From a virus: 64,000 bases of DNA. Position 1 is the first letter of the stretch, and each line of letters starts with the position of its first letter. The notes beneath the pieces are model-generated. The model was not told where the DNA came from. It was given only the letters and a program-made list of their open reading frames with translations, and did not search any database. The stretch is from positions 15,742 to 79,741 of IMG/VR virus record IMGVR_UViG_3300007539_000013; one strand, written 5' to 3'. Of this stretch, positions 1 through 10,841 are shown one piece after another. The position numbers and the translations under genes were made by a program.

Positions 1-3000
1 TATAATTCTTTGGCTTTTCCCTTTGAAGTCTTTCTATTTGCTGTATAGCGGAAAACGACTCCTTAAGTCTTTTCCCTCTGCCTCCCGAAACCTTAGGGAC
101 ACTTAGTTTTGGAACGAATTTATCTTCAGTTCTATTATAGGCAGCTACTGCTTGAACCTCAGGATCGGAGGTAAACTCACCTATATTATTGTACATCAAA
201 TCAATCCGATCCGAGTGAGGGGTGAATAATTTGATTTGCCCAATCATGGTGTAGTCTTCCATGTCCGCGACCACACTATTTCTGTTTGCAGGAATTGAAT
301 TATCTTTGTTCCTTTTTACAGAATCAAAGACCCGATTCCCCTTATCATCAAGCTGGGTAATTCTAATGTTTCCTTCTTCCAGTCCGTTCCTTGTTTTGTC
401 AGCCCGTAAAATAACAAGCACCTTCCCCTCGTCCCCTTTGGTCATCGATGGGGAAATTTTATTGTCTACTGAAAGAATAGTAACCTCTTCTGACTCAAGT
501 GACTTTTCAAGCAATGGAAGGTATGCGTTCTTTTCTTCCGGTATTGGTTTAGTAAACTCTACATCTCCGATGGTAAAAACCTTGCCATATTCCTCAGACC
601 TAAACTCATAATACCCGCCTGTTGCCTGCCTTCTGTTTTTAAATATACGCTTTACCCCTTTTGGCCTCTTATTAAATAAAGCATCTTCAAATTCTTCTGG
701 GGTAGAAGCATCTATCTTTTGATACTGACCACTCCTTTGCTCGTACTCATACTCAGCGTCAGGATCAAAATCAAATGTTTCTGTGGTACCAAGATTATTG
801 GATTGAACCTGGGAAAATGTAGTAACTGCCTTTCCTGTGAAAAGGGGGCGTTTATGATCAAATGCCCATCTAATTGCATTGAACTGGTCACCATCAAAGT
901 ACTTATCATCAATAGCTCCACCTTGAGACTTCTTGGTTTGCTCGGGAACATCCTCCATTAATTTCTCGCGAGGGATATTACTGCCCACGAACCTAGATGA
1001 CTGCTCATATTGATGGTTACCGACAATCGTTCCAATCAATGGGCGTATAGGATCATCCCCCGTGATCTCACTTATTGGTCGAAATACTTCCTCAATCTCA
1101 TTAGCGGTGTAACCAAGATTGGACATCTCCTGACGGATCGCATTGTCCTCGGTTTCATATATACCATCTTGGTTCTTTGTTACGATAATTGACCTTCTTG
1201 TGGGGCCGACATTCTCAAAGACAACTCCGTCATTATCTGTAGCTAAATTTCTTTGAGCAATCTGGTTATCCTCTTCTGTTACCTGACCGCCCTTCATGTC
1301 GATCACTAATGGGTTTTGCAGAAGTACTGTCTTTTGCCCTTCTGTGGTAAATATACCACCAAGACCCCCAATGTATCCTCCCTCGGGCGCCTCCTCACTG
1401 AATAGTATATTAGAGTCCTCGCCTGCTTGGAACCCACTGTAGATTTGCTTTACCCCGCCAATCTTACCTCTTTTTGTAAACTTGGTTACATTACCTATTC
1501 GCTTACCAGTTTGAAAGTCGTACGCACCTGTTGCATCAATCTCAATCGGGCGAGTGGTTATATTTCCACCTTTTACATTTACCTGCTCGGCTTTCATTAC
1601 TCCTGTGTCTGCATCGTAGGATGTAATGGTGTATGGCTCTGAGCTATTGTTTAGTTTTACTTTTTGCCCGACAGGATCGGGAACTTTTACTTTTCTGCCG
1701 TCTTCGCTTACTTGACCAAATAATCTTTCTACCTTTTTCTTATTTCGTCTTACTTGCTCCTTCGCGTTATCTTCTTCAATCTTTGCATCCCTTGCGGTAG
1801 GCACACTGTAATTACCATTTGCATCGAGAACATTAAGCTCCTTAAGCTGAGTAAGTAGCTTTTGCCCCTGCTTGCTTTGACTATTGACCCCTGTGATTTC
1901 CGTAAAATCTTTTTTGGGGCTAGCTGACTTACTTGAAATCCCGTTGTTTTTGGAGGCTGATGATTCGTACGCTTTAATCGCCTTCTCAAGAGTTTTCCTT
2001 TCTTGAGGCTCTACTTTTGTGGTTTTTTCATTGTATGTGAAATCTTCGGTTACTACCGCAGGTTCATCATCTTCAATGCTTACATCTTCCTCTTCTTCAA
2101 CCTCTGGTAAGTCTTCTTCCTCGGGAACAAATGCGTCATTAAAAAGACCTTCAGTATCAAGATCTACCTCAACCCTACTTGTTACTTCTTTATCACCTAC
2201 CTTAGATTTAGTTTCAATAATAGCAGTATTATCATCAATGGTGGATACAGTTCCGCTAATCTTTCTACCTTCCCGAAATACGGCAACGGGATCACCTGGC
2301 TTGAACTTAACATCTTCCTCCTCCTTTGCTTCAATTTCCTCAAGGGCAGAATCAATCTCATCTGCCATAGCAAAGTCCTGAGGTAAGGTTTGTTCTTGTT
2401 CTAATTCGGTTTCATTATCGGACTTCAAGTCATCTCCTGACTTGTCCTTACTGTCCCCGAATCGAATTGCACCTGCTGCACTAAACTGAACACCACCTAG
2501 TGCACCAAGTACACCAGCATCAAACATCTGCTCAAGCTCCTCGCCAGCAAAAGTGAGTTCACGACCTCTTGCATACTTATCAGCCGCAATGTTTATGAAC
2601 TCTTGAGCGGCCTCAGTAGCACCCTCAACAAATACACCTTCGGGTAAGTTATACAACAATCGCTTAAGGTACTGAGCGGAAGCCTCTTCTCCGATTCCGA
2701 TAATTTTATTTAACTGCAGACCCGCCGAAAACAGGTCTAAAGAACCAGCTAATGTACCAAATCCTATGGATAAACTCTTGGCTTTATCTGGAGATACATA
2801 GTCCTTATTAGATGGGTCGAGCTGAGTATATGGATATAGCTCGGTGTATATTTCACCCGTACCTAATCCTATCGAGCTAGTACCTAAGCCTAACTGCATA
2901 CCGGCCGTACTAAATGTACGCTTGATTGCTTGATCTGCTGTCTCGCTTGCACTCTTTCGTTTTACTACATTCTTAAGAGTTTCTCGTAGCCTACTCTTAA

Positions 3001-3568
3001 CTACAGCCCGACCAGCTAAACCTCCTGCCCCTGCTCCCAATGCGAATGATCCGGCAGCCTCTACCGTAGATGGTAATGCCTCACCGAATCCACCCGCTAA
3101 AAATCTAGCAACCTCAGCCGGGTTATCCCACCTTACATCGGATGCCCTACTAATAGATGGGTTGTACTCTGATGCACGCTGTTGTGCCTCTGCCGCACTT
3201 TGCATGAGGCTTGCTTCGGCATCCTCAAACCCTAATGTGCCTGCAGCTAATCCAAGACCGCCCAATGCGGTACTTTTCATGCCTTCGTACCCCCGACCTA
3301 TACCTTCAGGTATTTCCTTTAATCCACCAAGGAACCCTTCTCGACCAGGCTCTGGTGCATTGACAATATCTAGGTATTGATTGGTAAACCCTTCACCGAA
3401 CTTATCGGTTATTGAGTCTAACCCGCCCCCTTGATTTCTAGTTTGCTCTGCTAATTGTAGTAGCAGATCCTTATTGGATAAGGTACTTAGATCAACGCCG
3501 ATAGCCTGCAAGCGAGCCCGTACTCGGGCAACTTGCGGGTTAAAAATGTCATCATCAATAGTTGCCAC
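1..3568 (-). CDS. Large internal virion (ejection) protein, 3' end outside window
   Basis: Absent from the ORF track because it runs off the edge. GTG at 3568 gives VATIDDDIFNPQVARVRARL...; the frame was checked open at several points down to position 2. Gly/Ala-rich N-terminal region then D/E-rich region; last gene of the virion block. Confidence 0.7.
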   Translation of the reverse strand, partial: MATIDDDIFNPQVARVRARLQAIGVDLSTLSNKDLLLQLAEQTRNQGGGLDSITDKFGEGFTNQYLDIVNAPEPGREGFLGGLKEIPEGIGRGYEGMKSTALGGLGLAAGTLGFEDAEASLMQSAAEAQQRASEYNPSISRASDVRWDNPAEVARFLAGGFGEALPSTVEAAGSFALGAGAGGLAGRAVVKSRLRETLKNVVKRKSASETADQAIKRTFSTAGMQLGLGTSSIGLGTGEIYTELYPYTQLDPSNKDYVSPDKAKSLSIGFGTLAGSLDLFSAGLQLNKIIGIGEEASAQYLKRLLYNLPEGVFVEGATEAAQEFINIAADKYARGRELTFAGEELEQMFDAGVLGALGGVQFSAAGAIRFGDSKDKSGDDLKSDNETELEQEQTLPQDFAMADEIDSALEEIEAKEEEDVKFKPGDPVAVFREGRKISGTVSTIDDNTAIIETKSKVGDKEVTSRVEVDLDTEGLFNDAFVPEEEDLPEVEEEEDVSIEDDEPAVVTEDFTYNEKTTKVEPQERKTLEKAIKAYESSASKNNGISSKSASPKKDFTEITGVNSQSKQGQKLLTQLKELNVLDANGNYSVPTARDAKIEEDNAKEQVRRNKKKVERLFGQVSEDGRKVKVPDPVGQKVKLNNSSEPYTITSYDADTGVMKAEQVNVKGGNITTRPIEIDATGAYDFQTGKRIGNVTKFTKRGKIGGVKQIYSGFQAGEDSNILFSEEAPEGGYIGGLGGIFTTEGQKTVLLQNPLVIDMKGGQVTEEDNQIAQRNLATDNDGVVFENVGPTRRSIIVTKNQDGIYETEDNAIRQEMSNLGYTANEIEEVFRPISEITGDDPIRPLIGTIVGNHQYEQSSRFVGSNIPREKLMEDVPEQTKKSQGGAIDDKYFDGDQFNAIRWAFDHKRPLFTGKAVTTFSQVQSNNLGTTETFDFDPDAEYEYEQRSGQYQKIDASTPEEFEDALFNKRPKGVKRIFKNRRQATGGYYEFRSEEYGKVFTIGDVEFTKPIPEEKNAYLPLLEKSLESEEVTILSVDNKISPSMTKGDEGKVLVILRADKTRNGLEEGNIRITQLDDKGNRVFDSVKRNKDNSIPANRNSVVADMEDYTMIGQIKLFTPHSDRIDLMYNNIGEFTSDPEVQAVAAYNRTEDKFVPKLSVPKVSGGRGKRLKESFSAIQQIERLQREKPKNY

Positions 3569-3570
3569 AT

Positions 3571-4188
3571 CTACCTAGCATTAAGGGCGTTCGGTTTGTA
3601 TCCTACACCGGGGCCTTGCAGTGCTTTGATAAGCACATCGGGCGTGCCTTCAAGCTGTGGATTTTGTTGTACGATTTGACTCATTCTATCTGGGGATTGT
3701 GGCATTTGTTCGGTTGGCATTCTTGGGGAATTTGACATCATTTCTGCGGTCTGAAAAGCTAGCTCTGGAGCAACGAATCCAACTGCGGTTCCTGCTGGCC
3801 CCATCGTTGTCCCCGCTGCCGCACCTAAAAGTCTTGGGGCTATGTATCTACCTAAAAATGGAGCAAGCTTTGTCATGCCTTGCTTCATCGCTTGTTGCTC
3901 TAATTTAGGGGTAAGCGCGTTGGCGGTAGCTCCTCCGACTGCATAACCAAGTGTTCCATCAACCGCACTTGTTGTTTCATCTATTCCAAATTGAGCCTTC
4001 TCAACATTATTTCGTTGCTCTTGGAATTCAGCTACACCACTACCTGCCCCTTCAATAAACCCAGTCATTGCCTGCATAGCATTGTTGCGTTGCAGTACCT
4101 CTTCTACTTTAGCTCTTTGCTCTGGGGTAAGTTTGCTAAAGTCAACACTCATACCGCCATGAGTATGTGGTTTGTCGGTTACGCTCAT
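3571..4188 (-). CDS. Putative internal virion protein
   Basis: 205 aa, Gly/Ala-rich hydrophobic segment (LLGAAAGTTMGPAGTAVGFVAP), abuts its neighbours. Confidence 0.6.
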   Translation of the reverse strand: MSVTDKPHTHGGMSVDFSKLTPEQRAKVEEVLQRNNAMQAMTGFIEGAGSGVAEFQEQRNNVEKAQFGIDETTSAVDGTLGYAVGGATANALTPKLEQQAMKQGMTKLAPFLGRYIAPRLLGAAAGTTMGPAGTAVGFVAPELAFQTAEMMSNSPRMPTEQMPQSPDRMSQIVQQNPQLEGTPDVLIKALQGPGVGYKPNALNAR

Positions 4189-5477
4189 TGCATCTTTATC
4201 GCACCAGCATTCAGGAGCTCTTCATATAACTGCATAGCCTCTTCTATATCCGCAGGACTATATAATCTTTGTCCCGTACCTGCCTCGACTGCATTATTTT
4301 CTAAGATATTCTTTAGTAAATCATACTGTTCTTGATTGTCTCGATTCCTCTGATTTGTAGTTAAGGCATTATAACTCGCTGCCATTATTGCAGGTGTGGC
4401 AAGTGCTGCAGTTGCTTTTAAACCTGTACCTTTTGGTAGTCTGGTTTTTTTGCCTTCATCAGGATCGGAAGTCGGACGAGATGCGTTCTTTAGGTTCTTT
4501 GGCTGATTTGCACGAATTCTATCGACCTCCTCGCTTCCAATTTTCTTGAACCTATTTTTAATGTAAGATGTTGAGGGTAATTGTTTTTGCTGTGAAGCAA
4601 CTATTGCGTCGCCATCAATATTTACCCTTGGGCCGGTCACCTTACCTTGGGTCTGTTGTGTATATAACGGGGATTCTATATTATAGAATCGCTGTAAGTT
4701 TAGTGCCTTATTGGCATTTGGGTCAGTCGCCTGAAGTGCGTTATTTAAGGGTTTTGCACCAGCGGATTGACCTTCAAGTCCAATTTGAGCTGGGGTAACA
4801 GGCGTGTCAGGCATAGCCTGTAGCACCTTGCTATAATTAGAACTGGTTAGATTAGGTAGTCCACCTGGATTGGTTTGGAAGTAATTCTGAGGAAGAAACT
4901 TACTGTCTCCCCTTGGTATGAATGTTCCCGTTCCACCTTCAGGTATTCTGAATGACCTACTTTTTCCTACATTAGGTGCATCGGGATCTATTTGCGCGTC
5001 GAAAGTTGGTTTAACTCCATCAAGCGTTCTGCCCGCAATCTGATCAGCAAGTAAAAGTCCAGTACCTGTTGCCGCAACTGCAGTAAGTGGGTTTTCTGCA
5101 ACTAAATTGGCCGCTCCTCCAGGAATATCAAAAAGTATATTACTTTCCCTTTGGAATTCTGCAAGCGGAGGGGCAGAGCCAGTGACAAACTCTCCAGCAT
5201 TTTTTGCATTTATACTGATTTGGTCGTCTTGGTATGAGTTGCCTTTTGCTACATAGATCTTTCCATTCACCATGTCGGCAGCCCTTGGGTCGCTACCTAA
5301 GCTTGCTTTAACTTCTCCCTGTAGCTCCTGAAGTCTTTGATTAAATTTAAGATTCGCACCCTGCCTTACTTCATCAGACAGGCGATCATTCATCATGATC
5401 ACATAGTAACTATCGAGTGCCTGATCGACTACCTCGACCTCTCCTCCATTTGATAACGCTATTACTGCTTTCTTCAT
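4185..5477 (-). CDS. Putative internal virion protein
   Basis: 430 aa ORF with ATGA overlaps on both sides, in the ejection-protein position. Confidence 0.6.
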   Translation of the reverse strand: MKKAVIALSNGGEVEVVDQALDSYYVIMMNDRLSDEVRQGANLKFNQRLQELQGEVKASLGSDPRAADMVNGKIYVAKGNSYQDDQISINAKNAGEFVTGSAPPLAEFQRESNILFDIPGGAANLVAENPLTAVAATGTGLLLADQIAGRTLDGVKPTFDAQIDPDAPNVGKSRSFRIPEGGTGTFIPRGDSKFLPQNYFQTNPGGLPNLTSSNYSKVLQAMPDTPVTPAQIGLEGQSAGAKPLNNALQATDPNANKALNLQRFYNIESPLYTQQTQGKVTGPRVNIDGDAIVASQQKQLPSTSYIKNRFKKIGSEEVDRIRANQPKNLKNASRPTSDPDEGKKTRLPKGTGLKATAALATPAIMAASYNALTTNQRNRDNQEQYDLLKNILENNAVEAGTGQRLYSPADIEEAMQLYEELLNAGAIKMQ

Positions 5478-6847
5478 CGCATTCCCTTAAAGCCTGGTGG
5501 TAACTGCGGTGTAAACCCTTCTGAGCCACCTTGTGGTGCAGTTATTGCATTGCCGGGAGGTGTGGTCGAAGGGGCATACTTGCCTTTGTATTGAAACGCC
5601 ATCCTCTCAAGTTCATTCATTTGCGTATTAGTTGCCTGTATGCCAGAGGTCACAAATTGATTCATTGAATCCCGTAAACTTGCATTTTCAGGATTACTAT
5701 AAAATGCCTCCTTTGCCTTATTTATGGCTACAGGATTTGGATTTCCATTTGGCTTGTAAAGGGTGGTTATATCTATGCCTTTTATCCTTGAGGCATTTGA
5801 CATAATAAACGCAGCTGTAAGCTCATCTTCCCTTTCAGTCTGACCCCCGCTCTTCCATGCAATAACCTTGGCGAGCATGTCATCAACTACTGGTTGGATA
5901 TTTGCTGCGCGATTTGCTTCGTCTTGACGCTCAAGTGATTTCAGCTCGAAACTTTTATCAACATTATACTTCGTTCCCTCAAGTTGTATTTTGGCAACCT
6001 CAAGCATACGCTTATTAGCATCATCTGCTTTGAGCATTTCCGCATCTAGCTCAGCGTACTGAAGATCTATATTGTCATCAAATTGTCTTTTCTTTTCAGC
6101 TAATTGATCGTAACCAAGACCAATCTCGGCTTCCATGATGCCAACCTTTGCCTCATCAATTTTATTAGCCATGTCCGCAATCCTGTTGCGGGTCTTATCC
6201 TCCATTCCGGCAATCTTAAATTGATTGTCAATCTGAGCAAATGCTACGCGCTCCTGAGACTCAAGTTTCTTTTCCGTTTGCTCACCCTGAAAAGTTCGAT
6301 TCTTTTCGTTTTCTACTGCGTTCCAGACTCTTTGTGCTTCAGCCTCACTAAGGTCTAATCCTTTAGATTCTTTTATCCATTCTTGCTGTGAATTAAATTG
6401 CCTTGCGTTTTCAATCCTTGATTTTTCCTTTTCACTAAGTTGAGCAAAGCTGATTTTTTCAGTAGAGGCGATTGACTCTTTCTGCATATCTTCAGCTGAC
6501 TTCATGCGTGCATATCCCAACTCTTTAGTGAGTGCGTTTTGCGCATCTGCCATTGCCATGCGACCCTCGAGATCCATCTTCTGTCTTTGCATGGCTTGAT
6601 CCGCATCATATGTGGACTGAGTCATTGCTTCGGTAAATCTTTCGCGCGCCCGTAAATCAGAGGCAGGATCAATATTGATCATATTTGCATTCTGCCCATT
6701 GATCTGTTGACCAATATTTAGTGCATTACCCCGTAGGTAATCAGCTACTTGACCACCAGACATCCCGGGGCCTTGAGTAACTTGGAATTGACTAGGTTGG
6801 GCGACCTGCCTACCTGACGCAAACTGGGCTGTTAATGCTTGTGCCAT
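5474..6847 (-). CDS. Putative internal virion (ejection) protein, coiled-coil
   Basis: 457 aa, Q/E/A/M-rich helical sequence with recurring RQF motifs. Confidence 0.65.
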   Translation of the reverse strand: MAQALTAQFASGRQVAQPSQFQVTQGPGMSGGQVADYLRGNALNIGQQINGQNANMINIDPASDLRARERFTEAMTQSTYDADQAMQRQKMDLEGRMAMADAQNALTKELGYARMKSAEDMQKESIASTEKISFAQLSEKEKSRIENARQFNSQQEWIKESKGLDLSEAEAQRVWNAVENEKNRTFQGEQTEKKLESQERVAFAQIDNQFKIAGMEDKTRNRIADMANKIDEAKVGIMEAEIGLGYDQLAEKKRQFDDNIDLQYAELDAEMLKADDANKRMLEVAKIQLEGTKYNVDKSFELKSLERQDEANRAANIQPVVDDMLAKVIAWKSGGQTEREDELTAAFIMSNASRIKGIDITTLYKPNGNPNPVAINKAKEAFYSNPENASLRDSMNQFVTSGIQATNTQMNELERMAFQYKGKYAPSTTPPGNAITAPQGGSEGFTPQLPPGFKGMR

Positions 6848-8463
6848 TATGCGTTACCTCCAAATAACCCGCCCAATGCACCCATAACCTTCTTACCTTT
6901 ATCTATGTAACCAGGTATCTTTCCGATGGTATCAAAAATATTACCGTCGTCAGAAGGTGGTATGTAAGGTTGGGCGGTGTAATTTGTATTACCAGCGGGC
7001 AATGTACCAGTAGAAGTGTAAGGAGATACCTTGCTTGCAAGTGGGCCTTGTGGCGCAAGTGCAGCTTCACCAAATAGTGATGGAAGCATAGCTTTCTGTA
7101 GTCCCATTGACGGAATCATGCCAACATTGGATAATTGCTGACCCATAATTGAGTTATATAAGCTCTTGTCTGCATCAATCATGCCTTGATCCAAACCAAG
7201 ATTTTCTGCTTGTGCCTGACTTAATACATCTCCGAATCCAAGTCTTGTGTTTGCATTACCAAGTAATGCTTCATTGCGGTATACATCTGCCATACCTGGA
7301 TTGATGTCACCAAGCTTTTCATATCTACCGCCCTCAATATCACCAAGCTTATCGTATCTTGCACCCTCTATATTTCCAAGGGCACCATACCTTGCACTCT
7401 CATTATCTATAATATTTTGAGCTAGGGCTCCAGCTTGTTGCTGACCAAGGCTAGATGCTATCATCGCATTTGCCATGTTTTGACCAGTTCCACCTTGCAT
7501 TCCACCTAAGCCTCTTGCAGCAGCCCGAGCCATGTCTCCAGCAGCTGACCGTTGCGCGGCAGCTAATGCTCTTGCACCTGTCCCTCGGACATCAAATTGT
7601 TGATCAGCAAATCTACGTCTTGCATCAAACTCTTGGTCGGCAAATCCACGCCTTGCATCGAACTCCTGTCTGGCTAAGTCAGCTTGTGTATTAACTGAAT
7701 TCGCAAGCGAATCTGCGTATGCTTCACCAGCATTTATGACCTTATCCTCTAAGTCCCTAATATAGTCAGCAGAGTTTAGATTTATACCCTTGAGGTCTTG
7801 TGTGATTTGATCTGATTGATCGTTGAATCCTTGGAGCTTATTCTCCATTCGACCGTCATAAATAGATTGCAACCTATCTACCGCAGAGTCCTGGGCACCC
7901 TGTAACTTATCATAGGTTGGCTGGAATCCTGCCATTAACTCATCGGGAGTACCTGTATAATTCTCAAGATTTTCTGCAGTGCCCTCTAGTCCTTCTAATA
8001 AAAAGTCTCCTGATTTTCTTAAATAGTCAGGGAATGGATCCATGTATTCCCCTTCTTTATCCATAAGGAAGTTCTCAACCGACTCCGGGCGAGTTATATC
8101 AAAAAATGCCCCTTTGCCCCGCGATATTAAGTCTGATGCAAGGGCCATTCTGTTGCCTTCTGCAGTTTGTTTATCTACTGCTGTTTGTTGATCCCTTAGT
8201 GCTTGAAGTTCTGCATCGCGAGCGGCTTTACCCGTTACTAATGCACCTAGAGCGCCTACACCTTCCTTGACTGGTTGCGTAACCTTATCTTCTACGAAGT
8301 CACCAACTTGTCCAAATATGTTATTTTTACCACCGGGTGTTACTTTTGCCAACCCCTTCCCCACGAATGTCTTATTTGAAATACCAAAGGTCTTGTTCTC
8401 GTCGATGCCCAACGCATCGTCCAAGATTTCTTTTTTAAAACTTCTGCCTATTTTATGTGCCAT
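6847..8463 (-). CDS. Putative internal virion (ejection) protein
   Basis: 538 aa, A/G/Q-rich, 11-aa repeats (DQEFDARRxFA; EGARYxKLGDI), Gly-rich amphipathic C-terminus. Confidence 0.65.
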   Translation of the reverse strand: MAHKIGRSFKKEILDDALGIDENKTFGISNKTFVGKGLAKVTPGGKNNIFGQVGDFVEDKVTQPVKEGVGALGALVTGKAARDAELQALRDQQTAVDKQTAEGNRMALASDLISRGKGAFFDITRPESVENFLMDKEGEYMDPFPDYLRKSGDFLLEGLEGTAENLENYTGTPDELMAGFQPTYDKLQGAQDSAVDRLQSIYDGRMENKLQGFNDQSDQITQDLKGINLNSADYIRDLEDKVINAGEAYADSLANSVNTQADLARQEFDARRGFADQEFDARRRFADQQFDVRGTGARALAAAQRSAAGDMARAAARGLGGMQGGTGQNMANAMIASSLGQQQAGALAQNIIDNESARYGALGNIEGARYDKLGDIEGGRYEKLGDINPGMADVYRNEALLGNANTRLGFGDVLSQAQAENLGLDQGMIDADKSLYNSIMGQQLSNVGMIPSMGLQKAMLPSLFGEAALAPQGPLASKVSPYTSTGTLPAGNTNYTAQPYIPPSDDGNIFDTIGKIPGYIDKGKKVMGALGGLFGGNA

Positions 8464-8942
8464 TATACAACCTTTACGTAACTTATTTCAAAAGGCACAA
8501 AACCTTTTCTATTGTAGAACTTTGATACTTTTTCGTTCCAGTGGTAATGGGTCATGTGGATCCTTTTAGCTCCTTGATCCTCAAACCATTTCATTAATTT
8601 GTTGAAAAGTTTTATACCAATGGAGGTACCACGCTCCTCTTTCTTTACATACCAAAAGTCCTCAGATCCCCACATAAGGTTAGCCCACGGATGCTTGGAT
8701 ACACTTCCTGCGGCAGCTCCAATTATTTCATCTCCTCGCTCTGCGATAAATACGGCAGTAGGAATTTCCTGTAATATCCTTGATTTAAAATCAGACACGA
8801 ACCCATCTAATGATGTATCCCCATTAGACTCCAACTCTGGAATATGTGAGTGAGTTTCTGCTACAAATTCATTTAATACAAGCTCCCCAATCTTAGGAAG
8901 CTCAGATATTTTTGCAGGCCTAATTTTTGTTTTTAAATGCAC
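8463..8942 (-). CDS. GNAT-family acetyltransferase
   Basis: WYVKKEERGTSIGIKL acetyl-CoA motif and KFYNRKGF; lies between tail and ejection genes as in many podoviruses. Confidence 0.9.
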   Translation of the reverse strand: MHLKTKIRPAKISELPKIGELVLNEFVAETHSHIPELESNGDTSLDGFVSDFKSRILQEIPTAVFIAERGDEIIGAAAGSVSKHPWANLMWGSEDFWYVKKEERGTSIGIKLFNKLMKWFEDQGAKRIHMTHYHWNEKVSKFYNRKGFVPFEISYVKVV

Positions 8943-8943
8943 T

Positions 8944-9348
8944 TCACTGCGGCGGGGTAGGAAATGTTATATCCCTAAAGGTGGCATACCCATGCTCATC
9001 AACTTCTGGCCTTTCATTACCAATGGTTATGTCCCGTAGTGCTTGCCTGTAATCTTTCCACTCCTGCGGGATTTCTTCACCCCTCTCAGTGGAGCGAGAA
9101 ACAACCCAGTCAGAGTCAGTTAGTAATCTATTCCTCCTCTTTTTTAGGTCAATTAAGGCAAATCTGTACTTCACATCATTATTCCATGCGTCAAGTATCT
9201 GCTCTCGGGTGGGAGGATTTTGTGGCTCCTCCTTGTATTTAATCATGTCATACCAATCTTCGCCAGCACCTAGTAGCATCATTGGTATACCCGTTGCTTC
9301 CTTGCAAATAAGATGCAAGGCATCTAAGAATCTTTGATCTTTATTCAT
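8944..9348 (-). CDS. Tail fibre assembly chaperone
   Basis: RNRLLTDSDW...WKDYRQALRDIT...FPTPP signature; ATG at 9348 overlaps the upstream stop (ATGA). Confidence 0.85.
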   Translation of the reverse strand: MNKDQRFLDALHLICKEATGIPMMLLGAGEDWYDMIKYKEEPQNPPTREQILDAWNNDVKYRFALIDLKKRRNRLLTDSDWVVSRSTERGEEIPQEWKDYRQALRDITIGNERPEVDEHGYATFRDITFPTPPQ

Positions 9349-10559
9349 AATAAATACCCCGTAAACCACAGGTTCCACCCACTGCACTCATATTGGTGAA
9401 CCGCATTACCTGAAGAGTCCCTAGCGAACTGCACCTGGCATTGAACCGACCTTCTACTTCCATTATGATTTATAGGGACAATAACAGTAGCTAAATTTGT
9501 CACACCCCCGGAACCAAATAAGTTGGTTGATGCAAATTGATAACCTGAACTAAAACTATAAGTACCTCCTGTACTTGCCCATGTACCAACCGTGAAATTA
9601 GTGTTTAGTGATTGGCCTGTTGTTGTTATAGTCGTTCCTGCTTGGTTTTCTCGTCTAACTATAGTATTACGATTATTAAAACTAGTTCCTTGAGGAGGTG
9701 CGGGAACAAGGGACACACTTACATCTGCCGCAGGGTAGGATTGCGAATTTCCATTTGCATCCAGCCCTGTGCTTGTCATCTGAAAAGTAAGTAATGCCCA
9801 ATTTGCACTTGCTGGAACTTTATTTCCAAAAACATCAAAAAATACAGTAGGATCAAATTCCACTTGAGCATCTCCGTAGTGAAACCATCCCCCAGCTACT
9901 TGAGTAGAAACACTAGTACCACCCGCATTTCTGTATGAAGTCAAAGCCCCACCCGTTATACCATCAGGAGCAGAAGTAATAGATGTTGGGGTGGAGTTAT
10001 CTAGTGAGAATGTAGTGCCTGATAATTTTAATCCAGTACCCGCACTATATGTGGTATTGGTATCAGTGTTTGTATCCACCCATGGAACATTTACAAACAT
10101 CTTACCTGAGCTTAACTCCACAGGGTAATTTCTCCCGTTTTCAGAGTACCCAATTTTTACCAGTCCAGCAGTGCTAGCTGTAGCGGTTGAATATGTTGTG
10201 TTTGTATCCACCCATGGAACATTTACAAACATCTTACCGCTACTTAATTCTACAGGGTAATTCTTACCGCTCTCGGTGTATCCAATTTTTACCAACCCAG
10301 CAGTGTCAGCTGTGGCGGTTGAGTATGTTGTATCAGTAAATACTGCGTTTGCAGGAACATTTGTAAGTACATCTTTATCTACAACGCCGTCAATGTCCCC
10401 AATGATTCCATTAACTGCCTGCCTTAATAATTCAAAGTTATCATCAACATCTTGGTGACTTAGTGGTGATCCACTATTCGTCGTCCGATACTTCATCGCA
10501 GTGGAAGTAGCCGTGTGTGAGTGACCTGATGCTTGTGTTACTGTAGATGTTGCCGCCAT
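9345..10559 (-). CDS. Tail fibre protein
   Basis: N-terminal PLSHQDVDDNF motif, AGLVKIG repeats, YSAGTGLKLSG; followed by a fibre chaperone gene. Confidence 0.8.
   Translation of the reverse strand: MAATSTVTQASGHSHTATSTAMKYRTTNSGSPLSHQDVDDNFELLRQAVNGIIGDIDGVVDKDVLTNVPANAVFTDTTYSTATADTAGLVKIGYTESGKNYPVELSSGKMFVNVPWVDTNTTYSTATASTAGLVKIGYSENGRNYPVELSSGKMFVNVPWVDTNTDTNTTYSAGTGLKLSGTTFSLDNSTPTSITSAPDGITGGALTSYRNAGGTSVSTQVAGGWFHYGDAQVEFDPTVFFDVFGNKVPASANWALLTFQMTSTGLDANGNSQSYPAADVSVSLVPAPPQGTSFNNRNTIVRRENQAGTTITTTGQSLNTNFTVGTWASTGGTYSFSSGYQFASTNLFGSGGVTNLATVIVPINHNGSRRSVQCQVQFARDSSGNAVHQYECSGWNLWFTGYLL
10066..10329. repeat. Tandem 132-bp (44-aa) duplication inside tail fibre
   Basis: GTGTTTGTATCCACCCATGGAACATTTACAAACATCTT at 10066 and 10198. 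Confidence 0.9.
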
Positions 10560-10569
10560 TGTGTACCTT

Positions 10570-10593
10570 TGTTACAATTTAATTCGTGTTACA
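10570..10593 (-). promoter_or_regulatory. 24-bp bipartite motif copy
   Basis: TGTAACACGAATTAAATTGTAACA (minus), 10 nt before ATG 10559. Confidence 0.75.
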
Positions 10594-10600
10594 GATTTCG

Positions 10601-10822
10601 TCAAGATGCCAAACCTGCTTCAAAGTCAGATAAATCACCAACTTGTACATCTCCGTATGTTTTGTCGGTGATCGCCAAGTCCCCAATGGTTACATTTTCA
10701 TTGAATGTATTTGATAGTCCAGTCCACGTGTTTGTCCCTGCAAGGAGTTCTGTCTTCCCGAGTTCTACTTTGTCGGCTACCGCCTCACCCATTTGATATA
10801 GTACTATGCTTGGATCGCTCAT
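10601..10822 (-). CDS. Small tail-associated protein
   Basis: 73 aa; VLYQMGEAV motif and NTWTGLSNTF fibre-like repeat. Confidence 0.6.
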   Translation of the reverse strand: MSDPSIVLYQMGEAVADKVELGKTELLAGTNTWTGLSNTFNENVTIGDLAITDKTYGDVQVGDLSDFEAGLAS

Positions 10823-10841
10823 AATAATTATTTAGTAAATT

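Noticed and set aside
261-3380. Short ORFs in the first 3.4 kb
   Set aside because: Shadows of the long minus-strand gene 1-3568.
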